From Eledone cirrhosa (lineage: Eukaryota): DNA of 64,000 nucleotides. This document shows positions 12,362 to 25,832 of this stretch, piece after piece (within the stretch, counting starts at the first letter, position 1; every line of letters starts with the position of its first letter). A model generated the notes under the pieces. The model did no database searches. It worked only from the letters and a program-made list of their open reading frames with translations, and was not told where the DNA came from. The position numbers were made by a program, and so were the translations under genes. The stretch lies in contig OZ024742.1 in the NCBI GenBank assembly GCA_964016885.1, positions 285,882,001 through 285,946,000 on the forward strand, read 5' to 3'.

Positions 12362-13844
12362 CAGATTTGTTTTATAAATAAATATTGACATACCCTGAAA
12401 AAGACAAACTTAACGGTTGGAGCTTCCTGGATAGTGGAGATAATATTTTATTAAGGATAGTACAAAGTTATGAGTGAGTATGCAAATGAGTGTCCGAAAA
12501 GTTGAAAAGATAACGGTTTATTTAAATTAAACTGTTGGAAGAGGATGATACGTAAGGGAGAGAGAAAAAAGAGAAAAGAAAAGAAAAAAAGGAAAGGAAG
12601 GAGAAAGAAAGAAGAGGAAAGAAAGAACGATTAAACATAGTGATATTGAAGAAATTCAGAATGAATGAAGAAATAAGTTTTAATAGAGAAATATACATAG
12701 CGTAAATATATCTAAGTGAAAGAAGAAGTGAGAGAAGAAATAAGATTAACGTGGAAGAATAATATTTAGAATATAGGGTTCATTACGTTGTTATTATAAT
12801 ATTGATAGGTTGTAATATAAGTTGAAAAATTATATTAAAATAAAAAATTAGAAATCAAAATTTAAGATTAAAATTTGCCTTAATATTAAAGATTTAATTG
12901 AATAATTTAATATTAATATTAAAAATTAAAAAATTAAAGATTAAAAATTAAAAATTAAAATTAAAACAGAAGTATTTATATTATATTAAGATGTATTAGT
13001 AATAATATATTGGTTTAGATGTGTATGTTAAGGATTATAAATTATTTAAATAAATATATAGTATTATACATTAGAGAAAATCTAGTATATTTTATTTTAT
13101 TAAAGTAAGTTTGCAAAATTATATTTATTAAACATCCAAATAATTCTAAATTTATGAAAATTTACGAGAGTTTACAAAGGAATAACTACTTAATTATATT
13201 ATAAAAACAGTAAGGAAGTATAAAGGAAGTTAGAAGTGATTTTTTAAGATCTCAAATGATTCCAAGGATTAAATGTGATAAAGTTAAAAATGTTATCTTA
13301 AGAGTATAATTAAAACATAAAACATATGTTATTTTATAAGAAGTCATAAATTTATCTTAAGAGTATAATTAAAACATAAACCATAGGTTATTTTATAAGT
13401 CATACTTGCTATAAAGTTTAAAAAATTTATCTTAAGAATATAGTTAAAACATAAACCATAGGTTATTCCACATATATATAAAAAAACCTATATATAAAAA
13501 TCACATGTTATTCCACATATATATACATATTTGGATACATATATTAAAAATGTTTGAAGATATAAAAATATTGGAAGATATGAAAATAATGGTTTTTTTC
13601 ATATCTTTCAAAGAATTTTCTAAAACCTTCCGAAAGTTTTTCAATGAAAATTTTCCTTAAAAGAATTTCAAGTAGTCATATAAAAAAGGTTATAATCTAT
13701 TGATAAGTGTAATAATATATTTATGAGGTAGAGATAATAGAAAGTAAATTAAATATATATGAATCATATATAGATATAATCTGAAGGATGATGTTGTACG
13801 TGGTTGGATATATAAAACATTATGTAAAAGAGATTAACCATATA

Positions 13845-14138
13845 TTACATTTTATATATATATTTAAAAGTTAAGTTTAAACAATGTTTACAAGAACTAA
13901 ATAAATTATTTCGCAAATTAATAGAGTTCTTAATTTTTATTATGAAGAATATTTCTTCAACGCAAAGGGAGCAACTTTTGGATAGAGCCGTGTATGAAGG
14001 AGCTTTGGAGATAATTTCCCAAAATAAAGAATAGTTAATATTCTTGGATTTTAAGTTCCATAATAAGTTGGATAGAGAGGTTGAAGATTTTTTACCAATA
14101 TTCGTAAAGGAACATTTATGGTTATTGAAACGTTTCAA
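13845..14138 (-). pseudogene. C-terminal fragment of Naiad-type GIY-YIG endonuclease
   Basis: KRFNNHKCSF..TSLSNLLWNLK..WEIISKA.SY..CSLCVEE..SSCKH, colinear with the 9683-9979 ORF. Confidence 0.88.
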
Positions 14139-15227
14139 TAACCATAAATGTTCCTTTATCTCTTAAGATAACATTTTTAACTTTATAACATTTAATCCTT
14201 GGAATCATTTGAGATCTTAAAAATCACTTCTAACTTCCTTTATACTTCCTTACTGTTTTTATAATATAATTAAGTAGTTATTCCTTTGTAAACTCTCGTA
14301 AATTTTCATAAATTTAGAATTATTTGGATGTTTAAATTTTGACTTGCAACTATTAATAAATATAATTTTGCCAAACTTACTTTAATAAAATAAAATATAC
14401 TAGATTTTCTCTAATGTATAATACTATATATTTATTTAAATAATTTATAATCCTTAACATACACATCTAAACCAATATATTATTACTAATACATCTTAAT
14501 ATAATATAAATACTTCTGTTTTAATTTTAATTTTTAATTTTTAATCTTTAATTTTTTTTTAATTTTTAATATTAATATTAAATTATTAAATTAAATCTTT
14601 AATATTAAGGCAAATTTTAATCTTTAATTTTGATTTCTAATTTTTTATTTTAATATAATTTTTCAACCTATATTACAACCTATCAATATTATAATCACAA
14701 CGTAATGAACCCTATATTCTAAATATTATTCTTCCACGTTAATCTTATTTCTTCTCTCACTTCTTTCACTTAGATATATTTACGCTATGTATATTTCTCT
14801 ATTAAAACTTATTTCTTCATTCATTCTGAATTTCTTCAATATCACTATGTTTAATCGTTCTTTCTTTCCTTTTCTTTCTTTCTCCTTCCTTTCCTTTTTT
14901 CTTTTCTTTTCTCTTTTTTCTCTCTCCCTTACATATCATCCTCTTCCAACAGTTTAATTTAAATAAACCGTTATCTTTTCAACTTTTCGGACACTCATTT
15001 GCATACTCACTCATAACTTTGTATTACCCTCAATAAAATATTATCTCCACTATCCAGGAAGCTCCAACCGTTAAGGTTTTTTTTTTCAGGGTATGTCAAT
15101 ATTTATTTATAAAACAAATCTGTATTTTATCTGATGAAAGCGCACCATAATTTGCCTTGGTTGCCCTTGAATAAAATAAATATAGTTTTATAAATATAGT
15201 TTCCATTTATTAATATATTGTATATAT

Positions 15228-15418
15228 TGGCGGTGGATTGGCAGTATCGGTAGAGGGTCGGACGCCATGCTTTGACGCATAGAGTTACGGCCCTTACCAT
15301 TCTGAGTTCAAATCCCGCCGAGGTTGACTTTGCCTTTCATCCTTACGGGGTCGATAAAATAAAGTACCAGTAATACACTGGGTAATTGCTGGCCTTGTGC
15401 CAAAAGTAGAAACAATTA
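15228..15418 (+). mobile_element. Full-length tRNA-derived SINE (dominant family; Meta/MESC-like central domain)
   Basis: A-box-like TGGCAGTATCGG, B-box GAGTTCAAATCC, central gcctttcatccttacggggtcgataaaataaagtacc; near-identical copies at 16207-16398 and 18340-18530. Confidence 0.9.
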
Positions 15419-15426
15419 ATATATTG

Positions 15427-15457
<31 letters not shown>

Positions 15458-15849
15458 CATGTATATGCGTATATGCATCTATATGTGTATACATAATGTG
15501 TATGTATGTATATATATATATATATGTGTGTGTGCGCGTGTATATGCGCATTTGTATATACGCATACAGTGTGTACAAGTCAGATATAGGAGCGACAGAG
15601 AGAGAGGGAGAGAGAGAGGGAGGAGAGCCTCTTTGTATATGTATGCATATTTGGCCATGAGAAAATACCGCCCTTCACTGGAATGTTACTGTAACAATCT
15701 ATTTAGCCCCGGGTTACTAGGACATAGATATACATCCCTTCTCTATAGTGATTACTCTAACCTAAACATAGTAAACCAATGTCAGAAACTTCATTGTTAA
15801 TTGTTCTTCTACCGCTTTTACATTCTTCCTTTTATTCCGCTTGTTTTCA

Positions 15850-16067
<218 letters not shown>

Positions 16068-16639
16068 ATTCTTCACGTCTTTGGTTACTTGCTGAGAACA
16101 AGGACTTCTTCATCGCAATTTTTCATAGAATGTCACTTTCTGTTTTCATGTCACTTAAACCGGCGTTGTTATCGTTGTTAGTATTATTATTATTACTATT
16201 GGTTAAGGGCGGTGGATTGGCAGTATCGGTAGAGGGTCGGACGCCATGCTTTGACGCATAGAGTTACGGCCCTTGCCATTCTGAGTTCAAATCCCGCCGA
16301 GGTTAACTTTGCCTTTCATCCTTACGGGGTCGATAAAATAAAGTACCAGTAATACACTGGGTAATTGCTGGTTTTGTGCCAAAAGTAGAAACAATTATTA
16401 CTATTGGCTGTCAGACAGCGAAGACGTGTTTTTTGTGAACTCCACAGGGTAGTGAATTTTAAGATTATTTTCAATTGTGTTAGTTGTAAGACTTCCATCT
16501 TTGCCCTGTGAAAGGGAGACGCTATAATATTTGGAGCTTTTGGCCCAAATATTTTAATTTTGTGTATATTAAAAAAAAATTATCGAGAAAAAACAGACGT
16601 GGCTGAGCCCCCCCCCCCCCCCGGTAAGTCTGCTGTCGT

Positions 16640-18200
16640 GTGACAGTGGCCTAAACGTTGAGAAGAGGGATACGGTGAACACAAACATTTATACCACAAA
16701 CACCACCACAAAACAACAAGATCAATGACAGTAACAGCGACAACCAAAAGACAGATAACAGAAACAATGACAACAAAAACATGAACAGCGACAGCACCAA
16801 AACCAACTGCACCGAAAACAGCAACAGCGGCACCAAAGATACAACCAACTGCATCAGCAACAACAGCAACAACAACAACAACAACAACAACAACACCGCC
16901 ACCAACAACAAGAATACTTTCGCTGCGGCAGCAGCCAAAAAGAAGCCATGCTGTAGCATGGATCTCACGAATAAAAATGAAAAATTAGCCCAGACCTCGA
17001 AGTTCATCTAACAAGAGCAAATCTGGGACAATTTAACTGTCCCGGCAAAAGCCATTGAAGCAGTGGGGCGTAGAACAGTACATTTCAACAGAGACAAAGA
17101 GGGCGGCTTTAATTGACCAGACAGATATTGAAGCCGTTCTGAGATGCATCAAGGATGACACCAAGTACATAGCGAGGGGCAGACAATACGGCACCATTTC
17201 GATGCTGTTCAGAAGCCCTCGCTATGAAACATGCGATGACCCAATGCAAAACCATTAAGGTCATAATATACCCCTTCCACATGGGAAAATGAATAGTTCG
17301 TGTTGTGTCGAGTTCTATAGAGGATTAGTGAGGGGGGGGGGACACTCGGAGAGGTTCTGGGCGTCGACCAAGTCGAACTGACCAGTCCGTTCCGGAGGAC
17401 TTTCGAGCCGGGGACGATAAATAACTTCCAGAAATCCCTCGCTTGGCAGTACTATCGAAGGGCACTGCCAGTTCGAGATAAACTCTACTGGCACGGAAAT
17501 GCTGTCAGACACACCTGCCCGAGATGTACGCAGATCGACGAAACCGTTCTGCACGCACTCCTCTAGTGTTTGTGCATTGCTGACTTGTGGTGTTATGTCG
17601 AACAGCTGTTGTCGCGTGTAGAACGGATCCGGCTATCGGCCGAGTCCATAGTGAAGATCAAACCTCCGCCATCTTTTGGCTAAAAAGGGCAGGCAATTTT
17701 CCTCTGCCTGGTGGCAGTAGCGAAAGACGTTGTATGGTGGACCAGGTCGAAATGACTGAAGACAGACACTTTTCTCTTCGGCGAATCCCTCATCAACTTT
17801 TTAAAATTTCACTTTGGAAGGAAGATGAGAGTGGAGAGAGAAGTGCTGCCCCCCCCCCCCCCTCCTCAGTACATTTGCCGAAAGGTAGGTGAATGTGGCG
17901 AAAATGGCCAGTATGAGTGGGCCTACTCTGATCATGCGCCTGTAGGCTGGTGAATTTAAGGAGGAGAGGGTGCCCTTCTTGGGTGCCTTCGAAGCGTCGG
18001 GTGGTTCATGATTGGTGGGGTACCTGAGTCAACCCTGGGTGGTTATTCTCCCTATTGGGGAATTTTCATTGTTGTATTTTTCTTGTTTATTGTTATTGTT
18101 TTCGTATTTTTTACTCGATTTTTTTGTGTGTAAAACCTCCACTGTCCCCGTCTACTGTATTGTCCCCTATATGTCGGCCCTTGTGACCAATAAATGAAAC
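16640..18200 (+). mobile_element. Internally deleted, decayed L1/Tx1-like LINE
   Basis: (CAA)-rich leader, ORF1-like remnant ~16970-17310, ORF2 C-terminal remnant (ETVLHAL*C..IADLWCYVEQLLSR..FLCLVAVAK.VVWWTR), AATAAA at ~18189. Confidence 0.55.
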
Positions 18201-18224
18201 CATTATTATTATCATTATTAATAT

Positions 18225-19330
18225 TGCCGAGGGTAACTTTGCCTTTCATCCTTACGGGGTCGATAAAATAAAATAACAGTAATGCACTGGGTAATTTGCT
18301 GGCCTTGTGCCAAAAGTAGAAACAATTATTACTATTATTGGCGGTGGATTGGCAGTATCGGTAGAGGGTCGGACGCCATGCTTTGACGCATAGAGTTACG
18401 CCCCTTTCCATTCTGAGTTCAAATCCCGCCGAGGTTAACTTTGTCTTTCATCCTTGCGGGGTCGATAAAATAAAGTACCAGTAATGCACTGGGTATTTGC
18501 TGGTCTTGTGCCAAAAGTAGAAACAAATATTACTATTATTGTTCTATTTATTTATTATTTATTGCCTTGCTTTGTATTGTTGCTTTTTTTTTTTCTTTTT
18601 GCTTTGTTCTTTATATTTTACTTTCTGCTCTTTGGATTTTGATATTTTTTTGTCATTTTTATATTTTCATATATCTCTCTTGCAAATATTACGTTTATAT
18701 TATCACGTAGCAGATTTTATAGCATCAGAAATATTCTGCTTTTGCTTTTGCTTCATCTAACGTTTCCCTAAACTCTCTTGTATGCATATGCAAATGAGAC
18801 AAATAAGTCCGTATACATAAGTGTTAAAACTATATGTTTGCGTCTTATCTAGTGGGAGGCAAGGAAAGAGGTGCATAACCTTGAAAGAGGTGCATAACCA
18901 ACAACACAGCCAGAAAGAGCTGTCGGTTGCTTCCCCATTCCTTTGCTTCTGCTGGAACTAGGTTGATGGAGACAGCCACCATCTTTAAAATTCATAGCTA
19001 AATGGATTTTAAATGTTTATTTGTAAACACATCGTATATTATTCGATATACAAACATTACATACATGAATGTATACAGTTATGTTGGAGCGAACGCCCTA
19101 ATTCTCTCTCCCACACACTCTCTCTCTCTGGATATATATATATAACCAGAAATAATTGTTTCTACTTTAGGCACAAGGCCAGCAATTACCCAGTTCATTA
19201 CTGGTACTTTATTTTATCGACCCCGTAAGGATGAAAGGCAAAGTCAACCTCGGCGGGATTTGAACTCAAATCGTAAAGGGACGTAACTACGCTGGAAAGA
19301 ATGGCGTCCGACCCTCTACCGATACTGTGA
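18225..19330. mobile_element. SINE copies (18225-18330 +, 18340-18530 +, 19153-19330 -)
   Basis: Match to 15228-15418. Confidence 0.85.
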
Positions 19331-19388
19331 TTCGTGCAAACAATGTTATTTCTGCAACCAATAGTTTCATGACTACCTACTTAGTACT

Positions 19389-19486
<98 letters not shown>

Positions 19487-19487
<1 letters not shown>

Positions 19488-19692
19488 AAAATAACAGATT
19501 AAAGTTTAAGCAAAGAATCGCTGCTCTCACCCTCAGAAGATCCCGTTAAGGGTGAAAGCAGCGATTCTTTGCTTAAACTTTAATCTGTTATTTTAATAAA
19601 TATTTGCTCTACGGTTCTTATATATTTGATATATATTTATCCTTATCGAGCCCTCTTTGGATTTTAGTCTTCAAATTTATTATTATTACTAT
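19487..19692 (+). mobile_element. Solo fold-back pLTR of the 8687-11900 family in (TA)n
   Basis: 19487-19533 is inverted against 19549-19595; the sense part joins the 3' end and the 5' end of the full element. Confidence 0.88.
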
Positions 19693-19794
19693 ATATATAT
19701 ATAGTTAATAAACGAAACAAAGCACATGAGGCAATTTTTACGGTTATATTAGGTTCTATATATAAATATAACACACAAACACACGCGTACAGAA

Positions 19795-19903
<109 letters not shown>

Positions 19904-19914
19904 CATGTATATAT

Positions 19915-20200
19915 CTTGTAAGAATGATAGATCATCGTATTGCTAAGCAGTTAGTGTATGGGGAGTTAGTAAAAAATAAACGGTCAAGGCATAAACCAAA
20001 ACTCAGGTATAAAAACTGCATCAAAAGAGCTTTGAGAGAGTCAAAAATCAGCGTAGATAACCTGGAAGATATTGCCTTAGATCGATCATCTTGGAGGAAA
20101 ACACTGTTTAATGAAAAACAGGAATTTGAAAAATCTTGTGTGGAGCAGGAAAAATTATAGAGGGGTCTGCATAAGGGTCTACACGATATTACTGATTTCA
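19915..20200 (+). pseudogene. RTE-clade LINE ORF C-terminal fragment
   Basis: RM.DHRIAKQLVYGEL...RSRHKPKLRYKNCIK...EDIALDRSSWR. Confidence 0.85.
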
Positions 20201-21142
20201 AATCCCGCGAAGGTTAGCTTTTCCTTGCACCCTTACGGAGTCGATGAAATAAAGCACCAGTCATGTACTGGGTCGATTTAATCGACTCCCCATCTACCCC
20301 CCCCCCCCCCCCAAAAAAAAAGATGTAGAAATAATAATTGTTTCTACGTTAGGCACAAGGCCAGCAATTTGAAGAGGAGGGAAAAGTCGATTAAATCGAT
20401 CCCAGTGTTACTGGTGCTTTATTTTATCGACTCCGTAAGGATAAAAGGCAAAGATAACCTCGGTGGGATTTGAACATAGAACGTGAAGGCCCGTAACTCT
20501 ATGCCGCGAAGCATGTTGTCCGCTCTACCGATACTGCCAATCCACTGCCCTGAAAGAAGAAATAACGGTTTCTTTATTGGAAAGTAGAAATAATGATTTC
20601 TAGCATAGGCACAAGGCCAGTTATTTTTGGGAGGGGAAAGTCGATTAAATCGACCCCAGTAAATTACTGGTGCTTTATTTTATAGACCCCGTAAGGATGA
20701 AAGGCAAAGTTAAACTCGGCGGGATTTGAACTCAGATCATAAAGGGCCGTAACTCTATGTTGCAAAACATGGCGTCCAGCGCTCTACCGATGCTGCCAAT
20801 CCGCTGCCCTGAAAGTAGAAATAATAATAATTATTATTATTGCTGCTGCTCGCCAAGTTTAACTTTACCTTTCATCCTTACGGGGTCGTTAAAATAAAGC
20901 ACCAGTAACGCACTGGGGTCCATTTAATCGACTTTCCCCTTCCTCAAAATTGTTAGCCTTGTGCCTATATAAGAAACCATTATTATTGTCCATGCTTTGC
21001 AGCAAAGAGTTACGGCCCTTTATGGCCTGAGTTCAAATCCCGCCGAAGTTAACTTTGCCTTTCATCCTTACAGGGTCGATAAAATAAAGTACCAGTAATA
21101 CACTGGGTAATTACTGGCCTTGTGCCAAAAGTAGAAACAATT
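20195..21142. mobile_element. Cluster of about 5 SINE copies in both orientations
   Basis: Repeated B-box and central-domain matches. Confidence 0.85.
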
Positions 21143-21489
21143 ATTATTGTCTTGTATCGTCCCTGTGCTATAATTGTATTGTTACTGTTTTTAGCTTTGT
21201 TCTTTATATTTTGGTTTCTGATCTTTAGATTCTGTATTTGTGTCATTTTTATATTTTTTCACATTTCTCTTGTGAATATTACGTTTATATTATCACGTAG
21301 CAGATTTTCTAAGTTGAAATCTGCTTATCTTCTGTCTCATCTAACTGTCTAAATATACATCCATCCAATAATCCATACATATATGCATACATACATACGC
21401 TCATACATACATACATGCATACATACATACATACATACATACATACATACATACATACATACATACATACATACATACATACATACATA

Positions 21490-22023
21490 CCAGATATTAT
21501 GATATGGGACAGGGAGAAGAAAGCATGCACAGTAGTGGAAATTAATTGCCCAGCAGATGCCAATATAATATCAAAGATTCACTAATAAAAAGGAGAATAT
21601 TTATGCAGATACTCCACCCTGATTACACCTTCAGATTTATACCTGTGATTATTGGGGCACTGGGATATGTTAGTAACTGCCTCAATACAAATCTTGAGAA
21701 GCTAGGCTTCACAGGAACAGAAAGAACACAACTAGTTAGGAAATTACAAGTACAATCCATTAATGGAACAGTAAAAATATGTAAAACATTCCAAAAATTT
21801 TGCATCTAATAACTGCATACACACATGTACAGATGCAAAGCATATACACATGCACACATACAACTCAAAACATACACATCCACACATACAATAACATCCA
21901 TATATACACATGCATGCATACATACAATAACATCCATATATACACATGCATGCATACATGCATATCTACCTAGTTGATGTTGTGTAAATTCCATGAACTT
22001 GTGAAATTATAAAACCAGAAGAA
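21490..22023 (+). mobile_element. 3' fragment of restriction-like-endonuclease LINE (R4/Dong-like) within (ATAC)n
   Basis: PDIMIWDREKK..VVEINCPAD...IPVIIGALG...LEKLGF...GTVKICKTF; (CATA)n on both sides. Confidence 0.75.
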
Positions 22024-22035
22024 CATACATACATA

Positions 22036-23840
22036 CATGGTGGTTGCCAACTCGTTTTCGAGTACGGCCACTACTTTATATCCATGTAGGAGAATCCCTA
22101 CCGATGCGCTGAACGAGTGTGACTTTTTAGTCCAGCCAGCGACTTGAAAACTCTGGTACAAACACTACACCTGTGACAATTATTGACACATAGTGCTAGG
22201 CCCATGGTACCATGTGACGACAAGTGCAGATCTCCAGATATAAACCAAAGCCTGTGCCGTGAAGCTTTTATAGTGAGCAAAGGCACTGCACAAAGCCAGT
22301 CCCACTCTCTTAACCAAGATGATATTTACCAAAAAGAAGAACAAGTCAACATCATTGGATACCATCAGAGTTGCAGGTGTTATATCAGGGTTTTCCTTCT
22401 CATAGAATTCTGCCTTGACAAAGGCTAAGGAGTCATCTCTCCCGGTGATTTTGGATGGCCATTGACTCTTAAGAGCTCCTTTGCTCTTTGACAGGTTTTG
22501 TTTTTAGTCCTGCAGGATGTCCAAAGTCACCCTCCTCACCAAGAAACCTTGATGGGGTTGCCAGTTTAGTCGCCAACGACCCGACCATGAGACAGGTTGT
22601 ACTGGGATACATGTTACCAGTAGCACCAATATACATACATACATGGTGGTGGCTCCCAACTCGTTTTCGAGTACGGCCACTACTTTATATCCATGTAGGA
22701 GAATCCCTACCGATGCGCTGAACAAGTGTGACTTTTTAGTCCAGCCAGTGACTTGAAAACTCTGGTACAAACACTACACTTGTGACAATTATTGACACAT
22801 AGTGCTGGGCCCATGGTACCATGTGACGACAAGTGCAGAGAGATCTCCAGATATAAAGCAATGCCTGTGCCGTGAAGCTTTTATAGTGAGCAAAGGCACT
22901 GCACAAAGCCAGTCCCACTCTCTTAACCAAGATGATATTTACCAAAAAGAAGAACAAGTCAACATCATTGGATACCATCAGGGTTGCAGGTGTTATATCA
23001 GAGTTTTCCTTCTCCTAGAATTCTGCCTTGACAAAGGCTAAGGGGTCATCTCTCCCGGTGATTTTGGATGGCCATTGACTCTTAAGAGCTCCTTTGCCCT
23101 TTGACAGGTTTTGTTTTTAGTCCTGCAGGATGTCCAAAGTCACCCTCCTCACCAAGAAACCTTGGTGGGGTTGCCAGTTTAGTCGCCAACGACCCGACCA
23201 TGGGACAGGTTGTACTGGGATACATGTTACCAGTAGCACATACATACATACATGGTGGCTGCCAACTCATTTTCGAGTACGGCCACAACTTTATATCCAT
23301 GTAGGAGAACCCCTACCGATGCGCTGAACTTTTTAGTCCAGCCAGCGACTTGAAAGCTCTGGTAGAAACACTACACTTGTGACAATCATTGACACATAGT
23401 GCTGGCCCCATGGTACCATGTGACGACAAGTGCAGAGAGATCTCCAGATATAAAGCAATGCCTGTGCTGTGAAGCTTTTATAGTGAGCAAAGGCACTGCA
23501 CAAAGCCAGTCCCACTCTCTTAACCAAGATGATATTTACCAAAAAGAAGAACAAGTCAACATCATTGGATACCATCAGGGTTGCAGGTGTTATATCAGAG
23601 TTTTCCTTCTCCTAGAATTCTGCCTTGACAAAGGCTAAGGGGTCATCTCTCCCGGTGATTTTGGATGGCCATTGGCTCTTAAGAGCTCCTTTGACAGGTT
23701 TTGTTTTTAGTCCTGCGGGATGTCCAAAGTCACCCTCCTCACCAAGAAACCTTGGTGGGGTTGCCAGTTTAGTCGTCAACGACCCAACCATGAGACAGGT
23801 TGTACTGGGATACATGTTACCAGTAGCACCAACTGGTGAC
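22036..23840 (-). mobile_element. Three tandem ~600-bp non-autonomous RTE-derived elements separated by (ATGT)n
   Basis: Units ~22036-22629, 22641-23238, 23249-23840; RTE-type 5' UTR motif ggagaaggaaaactctgatataa joined to a C2H2-like coding 3' end. Confidence 0.75.
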
Positions 23841-24219
23841 CATACATACATACATACATACATACATACATACATACATACATACATACATACATTTTAA
23901 CTATTTATCGATCTACCAATCTAGATATTTCATTATTTGTCTATCTATCCGTCTATCTATGTCTGTCTGTCTATCTATCCGTCTATCTATCCGTCTGTCT
24001 GTCTATCTATCCGTCTATCTATATGTCTGTCTGTCTATCTATCCGTCTATCTATATGTCTGTCTGTCTGTCAATCCGTTTGTCTATATGCCTGTCTGTCT
24101 GTTTTTCCCTATGCCTACCAATCTGTCAGTCTATCTATATATCGTTATTTTAGTTTAGCGCCAGGTCAGCCTTGACTCATCAGTCGTATTATCAGACATT
24201 CCTGTAGTGACTTTTGAAA

Positions 24220-24632
24220 AGTTGACCGTAGCGGGATTTGAACTCAGATCGTAAAGGGAAGTAACTATGCTGGAAAGCATGGCGTCCGGCCCTCTACCGA
24301 TACTGCCAATCAATGGTTTCTGATTAAGGTACAAAGCCAACAATTTTGGGAGAAGAAAAAGTCGCTAGAATCGACCACAGTGCGTTACTGGTACTTTATT
24401 TTATCGACCCCGTAAGGATGATAGGTAAAGCTAACCACGGCGCGACTTGAACTTTGAACGTAAAGGGTCGTAACTATATGCTGCAAAGCATGTTAGTTAC
24501 GACCATTTACGTACAGAGTTCTAATCCCGCCGTGGTTAGCTTTACATTTCATTTTTACGCGGTCGATAAAATAAAGTACCAGTAACGCAATGGAGTAATT
24601 GTTGGCCTTGTACCTAGATCAGAAACTATTAT
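24220..24632. mobile_element. Oppositely oriented SINE fragments forming a local inverted repeat
   Basis: ~24380-24480 (-) mirrors ~24495-24590 (+). Confidence 0.75.
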
Positions 24633-25255
24633 TATCGTTATTATTTTTATTATTATTATTGTTGAGAGTAATTTGATAGTACTGGTTATTTAAAAAATAA
24701 CAATGATATAAAGGAAACGTGCTATAAAGGAAAAAAACCTGCACCACGCAATCTATGGATATTTGACGTCATGGAGATTTAGCTATTGACGCTAGTTTTT
24801 AAAGGTTTATTTTATTGTTTTTGTCTTGCCTTTGAGGTTACATTCTTTGTTTGTTTTGTGTGTGTGTTCGTCATTATGTTGTTATGTATGTCTTTTAACG
24901 CTATAAAGTCTGCATCAAATTACAAGATATGACACGATGATACGACAGATGAATACAGATTTTGTGACGAGATAAGATAACATTAAAAAATGGTGGTGTG
25001 ATGTGAAGGGACATGCAGGCGAGAAGGATGATATAGATAGAATAGGTTGAGGGTAAGAAGGAAGGAGATAATGTTGAATTAAATAAAGCTAGTTGGTAGA
25101 CATATTGCAATATAGAATATTAGGACTATTTCGGGCTACTGAATTCAGTGAAAAATGAAAGAACACTCTACTTCTGTAAAAACCAAAATTTTGAAATAAT
25201 GACAAATATTTTCTTCCTCTTTATCATTCTACTTTATATTCTATTTTGAACTCTA

Positions 25256-25290
25256 TCTTCTGATGAAAGACTAGTGTCAGAAACGTTAAA
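25256..25290 (+). ncRNA. Minimal hammerhead-like motif in a pLTR remnant ending in (TA)n at ~25375
   Basis: CTGATGA-aa-gac-tagt-gtc-a-GAAACGTT; stem I poor; AATAAA downstream. Confidence 0.55.
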
Positions 25291-25390
25291 ACTGTTTTCC
25301 TGCTATTTCAAGCGTTGAACTAATATATTTCTTCAATAAACTGTGTCGTTTGCTTTGTTATTTTTGTTTACTTTATATATATATATATAA

Positions 25391-25645
25391 ACAGGGTACA
25401 TAAGATTTTTAGGACAATTTAGAAAAAAGGGACAAAGCACATCAAAGAAATGGTATATTTAGATACAAATTGGCACAAATATTATTTACAATACATTTAT
25501 GATATCTATTCACTGAATCCTCTGCTTCAATACAGGGTCTGAAGCTTTGGCATACCCGAAACAGATGACCTCTATCAATACTGGAGAGTGCGGAATCTTG
25601 CTGGAAGACAAACGTCTTCCACAGCACACCTTTGTAGACAGTAAC
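25391..25645 (-). mobile_element. Tc1/mariner-superfamily transposase remnant with terminal sequence
   Basis: FVFQQDSA and C.SFR..IEA motifs; ends ...gtaccctg next to a TA run. Confidence 0.6.
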
Positions 25646-25723
25646 GTTTTTATATCGAGGTCGATATATAAAAAATAACAATCCAGTACTGGGATCGATT
25701 TTTCCACTTCTCCATCACCAGGT

Positions 25724-25832
25724 CTTAAATGCCCAAGATCGTCTTAAATGCCCAAGATCGTCTTAAATGCCCAAGATCGTCTTAAATGCCCAATATCGTT
25801 TTAAATGCCCAAGATCGTTTTAAATACCCAAC
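25724..25832. repeat. 19-bp minisatellite, about 5.5 units
   Basis: Unit gtcttaaatgcccaagatc. Confidence 0.95.

Larger units (their letters stand above)
12172..15222 (-). mobile_element. 5'-truncated Naiad-type PLE with ~1.05-kb inverted terminal duplication
   Basis: 12252-13303 is the reverse complement of 14160-15222; the spacer carries the GIY-YIG C-terminus; fold-back palindrome at ~14108-14156. Confidence 0.88.

Noticed and set aside
15228-15330. tRNA genes
   Set aside because: A and B boxes belong to high-copy SINE heads with no valid cloverleaf.
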